Virus record (IMG/VR): IMGVR_UViG_3300025888_000019
Location: 1-37,932 of that record
Length of the DNA stretch: 37,932 nt
Strand: one strand, 5' to 3'
Source: a virus
Taxonomy: Duplodnaviria; Caudoviricetes
Position 1 is the stretch's first letter; the number at the start of each line of letters is the position of its first letter. Of this stretch, positions 8,825-17,265 are shown piece by piece. Below the pieces are notes generated by a model, which saw only the letters and a program-made list of their open reading frames with translations, did not search any database and was not told where the DNA came from. A program made the position numbers and the translations under genes.

Positions 8825-10131
8825 GGCAACCCGCTTTCTCTCGCATCGTCGCAAACGACTTCGAGGATCTTCTGGCACGTATGCATGATGGTCCACTTCT
8901 CGCGAACCCAAGCGGCCGCAGACTTGCCTTTCGCCAAAGCTCGCTTCCGATTATTTCGTACATCGCGTAGCGATTCTACCAGCGCGTCGAAGTCCGGCTC
9001 CCACCAATTTCCGCAATCCCCCCACCTGTCCGGGAACCCGCCGTTCGCTTGGTTGGGCACCTTGACCTCTTTGCAGGGGATCGGGTAGTTGTATCGCGAG
9101 TCGCAATACTGGCTCATGCCTGAGTTGTCGCTGGCAATGACCGGCAGCCCCGTGGACATAGCCTCTACCGGCGGAATGCCGAATCCTTCGCCCCTCGATG
9201 GCCACACGAACGCATCGGCGTCAAGGAAATACTGGACCATCCGTTTCGGCGTCGAGTTCTCCGCGATAATCTGGATGCGATCGTCTTTCGGCACTCGGTC
9301 GATCCAATTCTTGAACCCGCCCTCGATCTGGCCGGCGCGGGTTTTGATAACCAGCCGCACATCGCGATCATGCGGGAATGCCGCAAGGAACGCCCGGACG
9401 GCGCCTATTGGGTTCTTTCGATACGTGAGTCCGCCAGCAATGAGGAACGTGAACGGTCCATCCCGCTTACTGCGATCGACGTACGGCCAAACCTCCGGGT
9501 TCACTCCCTGCGGAACAATATGGATTGGCACTGTCACGCCGCGGACACGAAACGACTGCGCGGAATTCTCGCACGGCGTCATTATCCGCCGACAGAGGTT
9601 CATCGGCTTGGTCCACTCCATCGGGGTTGCCGTTGACTCAAACATCGTGTATGCGATCGTCCGCGGAAACGCGCTTCTGTGGCAGTCGCCGGGGAATGTC
9701 ATGTTGATTCCGTAGATCGGCTTTTCCTGATCCTCGCGGAGCCGGTCAATGATGCTCTGCGGCACAAACGCTTCGCCCCATCGCTCAAGCGGCAGTCCAC
9801 CACATTTACCCAAGGCCGGGTGATAATCCCGCAATGCGATCGTCAACTTCACGCCGGCCATTTGCAGGAAAGCGTTGGCGATCTCCTGGCCGACACTGCC
9901 GTAGCCGTCCACATACCACAAGGGGCTCGACCAACCGAGGTGAATGAGATCGTCTTTCGCGAAGAGATATTCGCCGAGGAGATCGTCGGAGTCGCATCGG
10001 TAGTCGAGATCGCCCGCGAGTTGGATTGCGAGCGCATCCGGCACAGGTGTCCATCGTTGAGGCGGAATCTTCGTGCTGCCAATATGCTGATCTATGTGCC
10101 CAAGGTTCAGGATATCGATCATTTTGCCCAT
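8812..10131 (-). CDS. GT4-family glycosyltransferase
   Basis: DGYG, YTMFEST, RKN, DAFVWPSRGEGFGIPPVEAMSTGLPVI, WWEPD. Confidence 0.9.
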   Translation of the reverse strand: MGKMIDILNLGHIDQHIGSTKIPPQRWTPVPDALAIQLAGDLDYRCDSDDLLGEYLFAKDDLIHLGWSSPLWYVDGYGSVGQEIANAFLQMAGVKLTIALRDYHPALGKCGGLPLERWGEAFVPQSIIDRLREDQEKPIYGINMTFPGDCHRSAFPRTIAYTMFESTATPMEWTKPMNLCRRIMTPCENSAQSFRVRGVTVPIHIVPQGVNPEVWPYVDRSKRDGPFTFLIAGGLTYRKNPIGAVRAFLAAFPHDRDVRLVIKTRAGQIEGGFKNWIDRVPKDDRIQIIAENSTPKRMVQYFLDADAFVWPSRGEGFGIPPVEAMSTGLPVIASDNSGMSQYCDSRYNYPIPCKEVKVPNQANGGFPDRWGDCGNWWEPDFDALVESLRDVRNNRKRALAKGKSAAAWVREKWTIMHTCQKILEVVCDDARESGLPCLE

Positions 10132-10149
10132 TTTGCCCTTTGAGATAAG

Positions 10150-10175
10150 GGGGAAGCGACTCGCGCCGCCTCCCC
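10150..10175 (-). terminator. Stem-loop downstream of capsid gene (weak terminator or mRNA stabiliser)
   Basis: GGGGAGGCGGC-GCGA-GTCGCTTCCCC with a poor U tail. Confidence 0.55.
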
Positions 10176-10205
10176 TGATTGTTCGCTATTCGGTTTGTCC
10201 GCTGT

Positions 10206-12986
10206 TTAGAGCGGGGTGCCGGCCGCACTCGTGATTGTCACGGTTCCGAAGAAGTTCCCGTTGACCATCTTCTCGGCGACTTCACTGAGCATCCCCTGCT
10301 CGTAGTCCAGAGTCTCGGGGTCAACCCACGGAGGGCTGACATAGAGGCCGAGATACGGGGCGACCACGAAGCCGCTGCGATACCACTCGCTGCCGCGAGC
10401 AATGATAAGGAGCTTGTTGTCGGCGACAACATCATCCCACCAGTCAACACTCACGAGTTCCTCGCCCGTGTTGGCAGCGCCCGCAATGTTCACGCCGCGA
10501 GCGATCTGGCCCTGGAACCCACTATCGCTGAAGTCGCCGACCTGCCGCATCACCATCTTCACCCTCGCGATGGAGGTACGACTACCAATAACGGCGACCG
10601 CGTTCGCGCCGCAGAGATCGCCGATGCCAGCCTCCGCGAACGTAATGTAGCTGAGCAACTGCTCCTGCCATTCCTTGCCAGACCAGAGACCGTTCGCCGG
10701 GACCGCACTTCCGTAGGTCCAGTTTCCGCCGGTCTGCCCCTGGACCATTGCCGCAAGGTGGTTATAATTCCACTCGCGAGCGATCTGGGCAGCACACTCA
10801 GCGACCATGACGGCAGTGGCATCGATCCCCCAGTCTGTCTGAAGCCGGCGAATGACTTCGATGGACAGGTCAAACCCCAGCTTCTTCGCCGTCGGGCTGA
10901 TACTCTCGGTCGTGAGTTTGCCCTTCAGCCTCTTCATCGCCTGCTTCTCGCCGGGATCTGTGGCATAGGAGCCGGTGAAGTTGTCCACGTCCTTCACGAG
11001 GAAGTCAGCATTCTGGGCGTTCGTGCCGTACGTCTTCCAATACGCGATCGTGCCGAGCGACTTGCTCATCGGTTGCAACGATGCGTATCGAGCCGCGATC
11101 AACTGCGGGATCATCTCCATCACGATCGGCAGCACGAACGGAATGGCGGTCGCCACATCGTCCGTAGTCATGGCGCCGACCGGGATGTCCTGCGTAAGCA
11201 TCCCGTAGCTCTGCTGCAGGAATGTCTTCATGTCGCCGACTGATTTGCAGTCTCCGTTGCGGACCCGCATATGGGCGACCGCATAGGCCGGCTTCTCCAT
11301 CGCCAACGTCTGCAACATCATCCGGGCGTTGCGAGCCATGTTCGACGGGTCATCCCGCCCGTTGTCCTTGATCTTGTCCTGCTTTACCGCGGTCTGGACC
11401 AGATCCTCGATCGCTTCGCCGGGAGTGTTCACGACGATCTTCGACTCGCCCTTGTACTCGGGAATATACATCCCCTTGGACGCCATCGTCACCTGCTGGA
11501 GTAGCATCGGCTTCATGGCTTCGAGCAACTGCGGAACCTTGTCCTCGACGTCATCCGCCGACTGGCACATGCTCGACAGAATGCTTTTCGCCGACTGACT
11601 GAACATCGGCTCGAACTTCTTGGCGTCGCCTTGCATCATCGCATCGACGACGGACTCGACCTTCGCGTCGCGAGCGGTCGCGACCTTGGCGGCTTCGTCG
11701 CGAGCAACAATCTCGCCTGCCTGCGCGAGAACCTTCTCCTGGTCCTCAGTGAGAGTCTTCTTCTGCTCCAGGGTATCAGTGATCTTCTTCAGATCGGCCT
11801 GGAGGGCTGTGATGTCGGCACTGCCGGTGGCAGTGGCCTGATCGATCAATGCTTTGATCTCTTCGGGTGTCATCGTGTCCTCCTCGTGTGGCCCCATATT
11901 CAACGCCTGGAGCCGTACATCTGTTATCTCTGCTCCGGGGCTCGCGCCCTGAAGCACCGCATCGGCAATTCGTATCCATTGGAAGTTGTCGGGCTGTGCG
12001 ACATGCACCGACTGACCCATCCAATCTTCCTTCTTTGTCTTCGCCCGGGCGACTGTGCTCATGTCGAAAGCCACACCGTCGTCGATGAGCGCGGCGAAGT
12101 CCTTACCAGCCTGGCTCGTGCATGTCACGGCCTCGAAAACGAAGTAGTCGCCACTCTGCACGAGCGAAGTGAACCGCATCGCGAACTCCGCCTCGGTCGG
12201 TTCGCGGTAGTCTCCATCCTCGGTCGCCGGGTGTCCCAAACATCCGACCGCCTTGCCCTGAGCGATCAACTCCTGCACTGCTTCAAGTTCGCTCGCCCAC
12301 AAAGCCGTTGGGAATACGATCGGCGGGTTGCACTTGTTCACAACATTGCCGTGAGTCGCGATCCCCTGAATGATGTATCGCCCATCCTCGCGCTTCTGGC
12401 AGATTACTCCATTTCGCATCGACTGGAACATGACCGCGCCAACCGGATCTGTCAGTATCCGGCAATCGGACACGTCCGATCCCTCGCAGAGCTTCTTCCT
12501 CTGTTCGGCAATCGCGAACTGTTCGGACTCGGCAATCGCGACGATGATCGTCTGAATCGAGGCGTCACGGACATTCGAGAACGCGATCGTTGCGCCGTCG
12601 TCGAAATAGTCGGCGATATAGATTCCGACCGACTCGTAGGTCTCCCGGGAATAAGCCTCAAACGCTACCCATTGCTGGTGCGTGAAGATCGTATAGCGAT
12701 AGTCGCCCGGAAGCGTCTTGTCGCCGCGCACCGCTCGGCTGAGTTTCCATATCAGTTCCTCGTAGGTGTCCGAGGTCGAGATTCCCGTGACCATCGCTTG
12801 GCAGAAGATCTTCTGCGCCGAAACGAACCCCTGCTCGACGGCATCTTCGTCAGGAGTCTCGACACCAACCAAACCCTCCAACGTCTCAATCGCTGATTTG
12901 ATTGTCGCTATCGTCGCGGCAGAAAGCCTCGCGCCGGCTTGCGTGAGGAAATCTCGCATCGCTTGTATTCGGATCTTCGGGTCCAT
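10206..12986 (-). CDS. Fused prohead protease (T4 gp21-like), scaffold and major capsid protein (gp23-like)
   Basis: AGGAGG RBS; IQGIATHGNVVNK..GCLGHP..LIDDGVAFDMST..ADAV (gp21-like); LPIVMEMIPQLIAARYASLQPM..ECAAQIAREWN..SGFVVAPY (gp23-like). Confidence 0.87.
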   Translation of the reverse strand: MDPKIRIQAMRDFLTQAGARLSAATIATIKSAIETLEGLVGVETPDEDAVEQGFVSAQKIFCQAMVTGISTSDTYEELIWKLSRAVRGDKTLPGDYRYTIFTHQQWVAFEAYSRETYESVGIYIADYFDDGATIAFSNVRDASIQTIIVAIAESEQFAIAEQRKKLCEGSDVSDCRILTDPVGAVMFQSMRNGVICQKREDGRYIIQGIATHGNVVNKCNPPIVFPTALWASELEAVQELIAQGKAVGCLGHPATEDGDYREPTEAEFAMRFTSLVQSGDYFVFEAVTCTSQAGKDFAALIDDGVAFDMSTVARAKTKKEDWMGQSVHVAQPDNFQWIRIADAVLQGASPGAEITDVRLQALNMGPHEEDTMTPEEIKALIDQATATGSADITALQADLKKITDTLEQKKTLTEDQEKVLAQAGEIVARDEAAKVATARDAKVESVVDAMMQGDAKKFEPMFSQSAKSILSSMCQSADDVEDKVPQLLEAMKPMLLQQVTMASKGMYIPEYKGESKIVVNTPGEAIEDLVQTAVKQDKIKDNGRDDPSNMARNARMMLQTLAMEKPAYAVAHMRVRNGDCKSVGDMKTFLQQSYGMLTQDIPVGAMTTDDVATAIPFVLPIVMEMIPQLIAARYASLQPMSKSLGTIAYWKTYGTNAQNADFLVKDVDNFTGSYATDPGEKQAMKRLKGKLTTESISPTAKKLGFDLSIEVIRRLQTDWGIDATAVMVAECAAQIAREWNYNHLAAMVQGQTGGNWTYGSAVPANGLWSGKEWQEQLLSYITFAEAGIGDLCGANAVAVIGSRTSIARVKMVMRQVGDFSDSGFQGQIARGVNIAGAANTGEELVSVDWWDDVVADNKLLIIARGSEWYRSGFVVAPYLGLYVSPPWVDPETLDYEQGMLSEVAEKMVNGNFFGTVTITSAAGTPL

Positions 12987-12996
12987 CGGTTGCCTC

Positions 12997-13128
12997 CTAC
13001 TTCGCGCCCTTGTGGGAATCGACCGCATTTTTGAATATGTAACCGCAGAAATACGACCAGCTATCCATCTGCTTCTTCGGCGATACTTTGACTGGCTGTT
13101 TTGCAGATGCCTTTTGGGTTGTGGCCAT
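12997..13128 (-). CDS. Small basic protein (43 aa) between portal and protease
   Basis: MATTQKASAKQPVKVSPKKQMDSWSYFCGYIFKNAVDSHKGAK*; purine-rich RBS; fills the gap. Confidence 0.55.
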   Translation of the reverse strand: MATTQKASAKQPVKVSPKKQMDSWSYFCGYIFKNAVDSHKGAK

Positions 13129-13138
13129 GCGATCTTCC

Positions 13139-14650
13139 CTATACTTTCATTCGCCCGGCGGGTTCACCCACCCCCGGCAACTGCACCCGTTTGTCTGGTG
13201 CCGGCGTTGCGCTCGGGTCTACTGGTGCGTTCGGATCGGCTACTACAGGCGCAACAGGTTCGGGCTTCGGCTTGATCTCGATCTTCGACAACGCCATCTG
13301 GCTCGTGTCGCTCATGCGGCTGAACTCTCTGAGCATCACATCCGACTTCTCCCGCATCTCAGGATATTCCTTCAGCCAGGCAGTCATTGCGTTCGACAAC
13401 GCCGCTCGTGTCTGCGCGTCGCGCAGCTGCTCGGTTGTCGATATGTCAGCCATCTTGATGACGTACCGAATGCTGCCCGGGTCGATGCCCTTGAGCAATA
13501 ACTGCCGGTCGAATATCGCCGCGAGCCCGCGCTTAATCATCATCTGGACCAGCATCAGGGTGCAGACGAAGTGCTTATCTTCCGCGGAACCGCCACCCTC
13601 GGACAACTTCGGGGTCGAACCCTCAAACGGGAAATATCGTTTCGGCAAATGTGATGCCGTTATCAGCCTGTTCAAGAAATGCTCCAAGTCGGCCAGATTC
13701 GACAATTGCGCGTTGCTCGGCTCCATCATCGTGGTTCCACCTCGATTCGACCCGTCGTCGGGGAGGAAGAACTGTTTTTTGATGCCGGTTGGCGCTTCCC
13801 ATTTCTCGATCGAGTTGCTCGTCTGATTGAAGTAGTCCATCGTCGTCATCAGGGACTTGAACTGCTCGATCGCTTCCTGCTTCTGCTGGACCGTGTCGCC
13901 GGTGCCGACAGGAACTTTGTGCTCCCATCGCGGACCCATGTTCTCGTATCGTTGAATGGCGGTCACATCCTCCGCCATGTTGAGCCGTTTCCAGTTCTTG
14001 CGTGCGCAACCAAACAGCGGCGTCCCGAGAAACCCGTCGCATTCTCCAAACGCGAAATGCACGATCTCCCAATCCGTAAAGATGATCGGCTGCCCAACAC
14101 TGGTTTCGAGCCGCTGCTCGTAACCGGGCACTCGGTTGCCGCGCTCATCCATCCGCGGCCACATCGTATGCTCGGGCAGTTGCTTGAGCCCGGTGATGTT
14201 CATCGACTGCGCATCGACCAACAACTCGCGAAACTCGTTTCCGAACTTCACCGAGAAGCGGGCTATCTGCCAGACCTCGTTCCGCAAATCCGCGCGATAT
14301 ATGAGGTCGGTGATCTCGTGTTGTGCTCGCTTGACTGTCGATTCATCAGCCGGCGAGTCATAGTTCGCCTCGGATTCAGTCACGGCCTGGAAGATGTCGA
14401 GGGTCGGGTCTTCCATCCCGGTTGCCCGATTCGCCATCGCGTCGTGCGAGAATGCGACAATCTCATCGGTCTTGTCCATCCGCTCAAGGTCTTTGTGGAT
14501 CTGAGTCCGCTCATAGGAGACCTGGAACATCTTCGCAAGCATCTCGTACGACGAAGAAGCCGCGGACCCGCGGCCTGTTGGCGAGGCGCCCTTGAATGCG
14601 TCGTAGGCTGCCTTGATCTTCGAGGTAAGATTCGTTGTTGGTAGTCTCAT
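13139..14650 (-). CDS. Portal protein, T4 gp20-like
   Basis: EIVHF, ARKNWKRLNMAEDVTAIQR..PRWEHKVPVG, FFLP..LSNLADLEHF; ATGA overlap with terminase. Confidence 0.85.
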   Translation of the reverse strand: MRLPTTNLTSKIKAAYDAFKGASPTGRGSAASSSYEMLAKMFQVSYERTQIHKDLERMDKTDEIVAFSHDAMANRATGMEDPTLDIFQAVTESEANYDSPADESTVKRAQHEITDLIYRADLRNEVWQIARFSVKFGNEFRELLVDAQSMNITGLKQLPEHTMWPRMDERGNRVPGYEQRLETSVGQPIIFTDWEIVHFAFGECDGFLGTPLFGCARKNWKRLNMAEDVTAIQRYENMGPRWEHKVPVGTGDTVQQKQEAIEQFKSLMTTMDYFNQTSNSIEKWEAPTGIKKQFFLPDDGSNRGGTTMMEPSNAQLSNLADLEHFLNRLITASHLPKRYFPFEGSTPKLSEGGGSAEDKHFVCTLMLVQMMIKRGLAAIFDRQLLLKGIDPGSIRYVIKMADISTTEQLRDAQTRAALSNAMTAWLKEYPEMREKSDVMLREFSRMSDTSQMALSKIEIKPKPEPVAPVVADPNAPVDPSATPAPDKRVQLPGVGEPAGRMKV

Positions 14651-16215
14651 GCCGAACTCATCACGTGCGAATAATCGGATGCAAATGTATCGACCGTATC
14701 TATGAATGCCAGACACATGGCGTCGAAGTCGTCAGGAGACCGACCGATCTTTTTCCTGATGACTTCTTTCTCGGAATAGTTCAGCTTTCCTCTGCTGTCT
14801 GGCGTTATCTCTATCGCCGCGACATCGACCTCGAAATCGGCCACTTCAGCACCCAGCCGGGTTAAATCAATCTGCTCGCTTTTGAATCTTTCGGCCAATC
14901 CGAACGCAAGTTCCGCCCTTTGCGTCGAGTAGGTATCGCGGTTCAAACCTTTTTCGCTTACCTGTACAGCCAATACGCGATCGCAATGTATATCTCCTTC
15001 ATCGCGCATGTGCTGAAGTCGTGCCGCAATACCCGACCCCATGCCTATCGCGTCGATGGCGACTGTCCCAACCGGGATCGCGGCGGCAACGTAGGAATTG
15101 ATCATCAACGCGAGTTTTCTGCTTGAATCCTCTGGGTCGTAGCCCTTCCACCGGACTCGCTTCAGGACCGATTGGCCGCGCCGAGCATAGCAAACCGTGT
15201 AGTCCCCGCCCTTGCCTGCAACGTCCATCCCGATGTCAACGGGGATGTTTGTGTCAATGTCCTGCCGATTGTTCTTAGCGACCTCCATCAGATATATCGG
15301 AATCAGCGTTTCTTCGCCTTCGCGCGGGAACTCGCCCATCCTGCGGCAGAGGAAGATGTTGTCCGGCCGATGCCATTCGCCACTGCCGCGCGGATACTCG
15401 AAGTCCTGCGGCTCGCGCTCGTCGCCAGGTCCGAGATCCTGGCAGTGCGATTGAATATCGCGTTCGACGGCTTCGCGGCTGACCCCGCCGGGGATTATGT
15501 CTTTGCCTGTCAGGACATTCGGATGATCGAGTGCGCTCAGGGTTATCTTGTGCCAGGGCGAATCGGCACCAAATGCCTCGAAAAATGGGCCACTCGGATT
15601 TGTCGGGTTGCCCATGAGGATGATAATATTGCCGGTTGCACTCGCCATTTGCTCGAAGCCGTCCAAAACCCATGCCGCCAGGCCGGGGCCTTCGTCGCCG
15701 ATCCCCATGAAGTTTTTGTGATGGTCGCCCTTGAATCGCTCTCGGTGGTTTGTCGCGATGCCCTTCGCGTAGTTCAGCGCTTCAAGGTGCCATTCAGGGT
15801 CGGAAGGCTTCATCCCGCGAACGTCGATGCCGGCACCGCGCTTGTTTGCTTGCTTGATCTGGTCGCGGATCTCCTGCCAAATCTGACCTTTGACCTGCGC
15901 TTCAGACGGCGCGCTGGTAATCACGATGCTGGATGTGGGCGCGACTTTGTAGTAGATGATAAGGCTGGCGACACCCTGCGTTTTGCCTGTCGAGTTGGCG
16001 CCCTTAACGACTATCCGCGTATGCCCTCGCGCCACTGCGTCGAGGATCTTTTTCTGGTCTGGCGTTGTCGTGATACCGAGGACTTCCGACACGAATTTCT
16101 CCGGGAACCCCCAGTATTTGCCGTATTCGGAATCAGTCGGGTCCGTCGAGTAGTAGAGTCTCTCCTCCATCCTCGTCGCCGCCTCGATCGCTATGTCCAG
16201 TTCCTCCGAACTCAT
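14647..16215 (-). CDS. terL: Terminase large subunit (start uncertain, 16215 or 16290)
   Basis: Walker A GANSTGKT, Walker B GIGDEG, GNP, nuclease GMDVA..D and GRSPDDFDA. Confidence 0.92.
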   Translation of the reverse strand: MSSEELDIAIEAATRMEERLYYSTDPTDSEYGKYWGFPEKFVSEVLGITTTPDQKKILDAVARGHTRIVVKGANSTGKTQGVASLIIYYKVAPTSSIVITSAPSEAQVKGQIWQEIRDQIKQANKRGAGIDVRGMKPSDPEWHLEALNYAKGIATNHRERFKGDHHKNFMGIGDEGPGLAAWVLDGFEQMASATGNIIILMGNPTNPSGPFFEAFGADSPWHKITLSALDHPNVLTGKDIIPGGVSREAVERDIQSHCQDLGPGDEREPQDFEYPRGSGEWHRPDNIFLCRRMGEFPREGEETLIPIYLMEVAKNNRQDIDTNIPVDIGMDVAGKGGDYTVCYARRGQSVLKRVRWKGYDPEDSSRKLALMINSYVAAAIPVGTVAIDAIGMGSGIAARLQHMRDEGDIHCDRVLAVQVSEKGLNRDTYSTQRAELAFGLAERFKSEQIDLTRLGAEVADFEVDVAAIEITPDSRGKLNYSEKEVIRKKIGRSPDDFDAMCLAFIDTVDTFASDYSHVMSSA

Positions 16216-16822
16216 CTCCGCCAAGGGCTTTGGCAGCAGATCGAGCAGTTGTTGCGGCAATGTTTCTGAGGAGCTTGGTTGTGAGGACATTGATCTTACC
16301 CTCTCTTTCGCGATCTGTGAGCGGTTGTTCGAGTTCGGTTGCCTGGTCCGCCATGTCCTTCACGATCTTGAGGATGCCCCGCAGGTTGGCGTCGAGGCTT
16401 ATGTCCTCTGGCTTAATCTGCTCGATGCAGGCAATAACCTTGTCGAGAAAGACGTTGTTGAGCATCCGCACTTTTTGGGTGTATTCTTTGACCCCCACGC
16501 GAGTCGCGAGGTTGCCGGGGTTGTTGGCGTAATCGTCGTATGCCTCTGTCCGCGACTCCCAATCATAAGCCTTGATCCACCCAGTTATTTGCTGCGGCAG
16601 GCGGTCGATCTTCTTCGCCAGGTCCGTCTGCATCCGGGCGAGTTTGCCGTCTCCGCCGATGTGCGTCGGCATGTCAAGCCATTCCACAAACGCGCCGAAT
16701 GCGAGATCTGTTTCGTTGGACAATTGCTCCCACGGGAATCGGTCGATGTATTCGGCGCGAGTCCGGTGGGCCTTTTGCGCTTCCAAGAATACGGCGCGGC
16801 GGGGTTTTCTTCCAAGTGGCAT
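16133..16822 (-). CDS. terS: Terminase small subunit
   Basis: PWEQ..ET..AFGAF..W..YDWESRTEAYD HTH pattern; immediately upstream of and overlapping terL. Confidence 0.7.
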   Translation of the reverse strand: MPLGRKPRRAVFLEAQKAHRTRAEYIDRFPWEQLSNETDLAFGAFVEWLDMPTHIGGDGKLARMQTDLAKKIDRLPQQITGWIKAYDWESRTEAYDDYANNPGNLATRVGVKEYTQKVRMLNNVFLDKVIACIEQIKPEDISLDANLRGILKIVKDMADQATELEQPLTDREREGKINVLTTKLLRNIAATTARSAAKALGGDEFGGTGHSDRGGDEDGGETLLLDGPD

Positions 16823-17043
16823 TATTGTGTCATCACCTGCGCGGGACGCTCGACGAACAGGACAAACCGCGCCTTGGTTTCGATCATGTCGTCGCCGTTG
16901 AGTGGCTCGGCGTATATCTTGCCGTCGAGGTATTCCTTGATCTCTGCCCGCTTGCCGATGCCTCTGCCAACCTGGACGGTCACTAAGTCGCCAATCTGGA
17001 GACTCTTGGTTCCGGTGAGATCCATGCCCACGATCTTTGCCAT
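16822..17043 (-). CDS. Small SH3/KOW-like hypothetical protein
   Basis: LQIGDLVTV; TAATG coupling to terS; GAGGGGG RBS. Confidence 0.65.
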   Translation of the reverse strand: MAKIVGMDLTGTKSLQIGDLVTVQVGRGIGKRAEIKEYLDGKIYAEPLNGDDMIETKARFVLFVERPAQVMTQ

Positions 17044-17072
17044 AATGAGTGCCCCCTCGCCCTGTAATTCCC

Positions 17073-17101
17073 ATTATGCGGCAAGAATCCCTCTTTGTCA
17101 A
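17073..17101 (-). promoter_or_regulatory. Sigma70-type promoter of the packaging/head operon
   Basis: TTGACA-17-CATAAT. Confidence 0.75.
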
Positions 17102-17105
17102 ACGC

Positions 17106-17144
17106 GATTCAGGGCCGCCCCACCACTGGTAGCGACCCTGAATC
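17106..17144. terminator. Strong stem-loop
   Basis: GATTCAGGGCCGC...GCGACCCTGAATC inverted repeat. Confidence 0.65.
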
Positions 17145-17206
17145 TTGTTGTTGGTTGCTTCTTCAAATCATTTGCGGATCGATGCCGCGTTCGGAATCAC
17201 ATAAGC

Positions 17207-17235
17207 ATTATATCGCCTGTCAATCTGCTTGGCAA
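17207..17235 (-). promoter_or_regulatory. Sigma70-type promoter
   Basis: TTGCCA-17-TATAAT. Confidence 0.65.
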
Positions 17236-17265
17236 CTCGGCCCCATGTCTGTCACGCCGCGCCGG

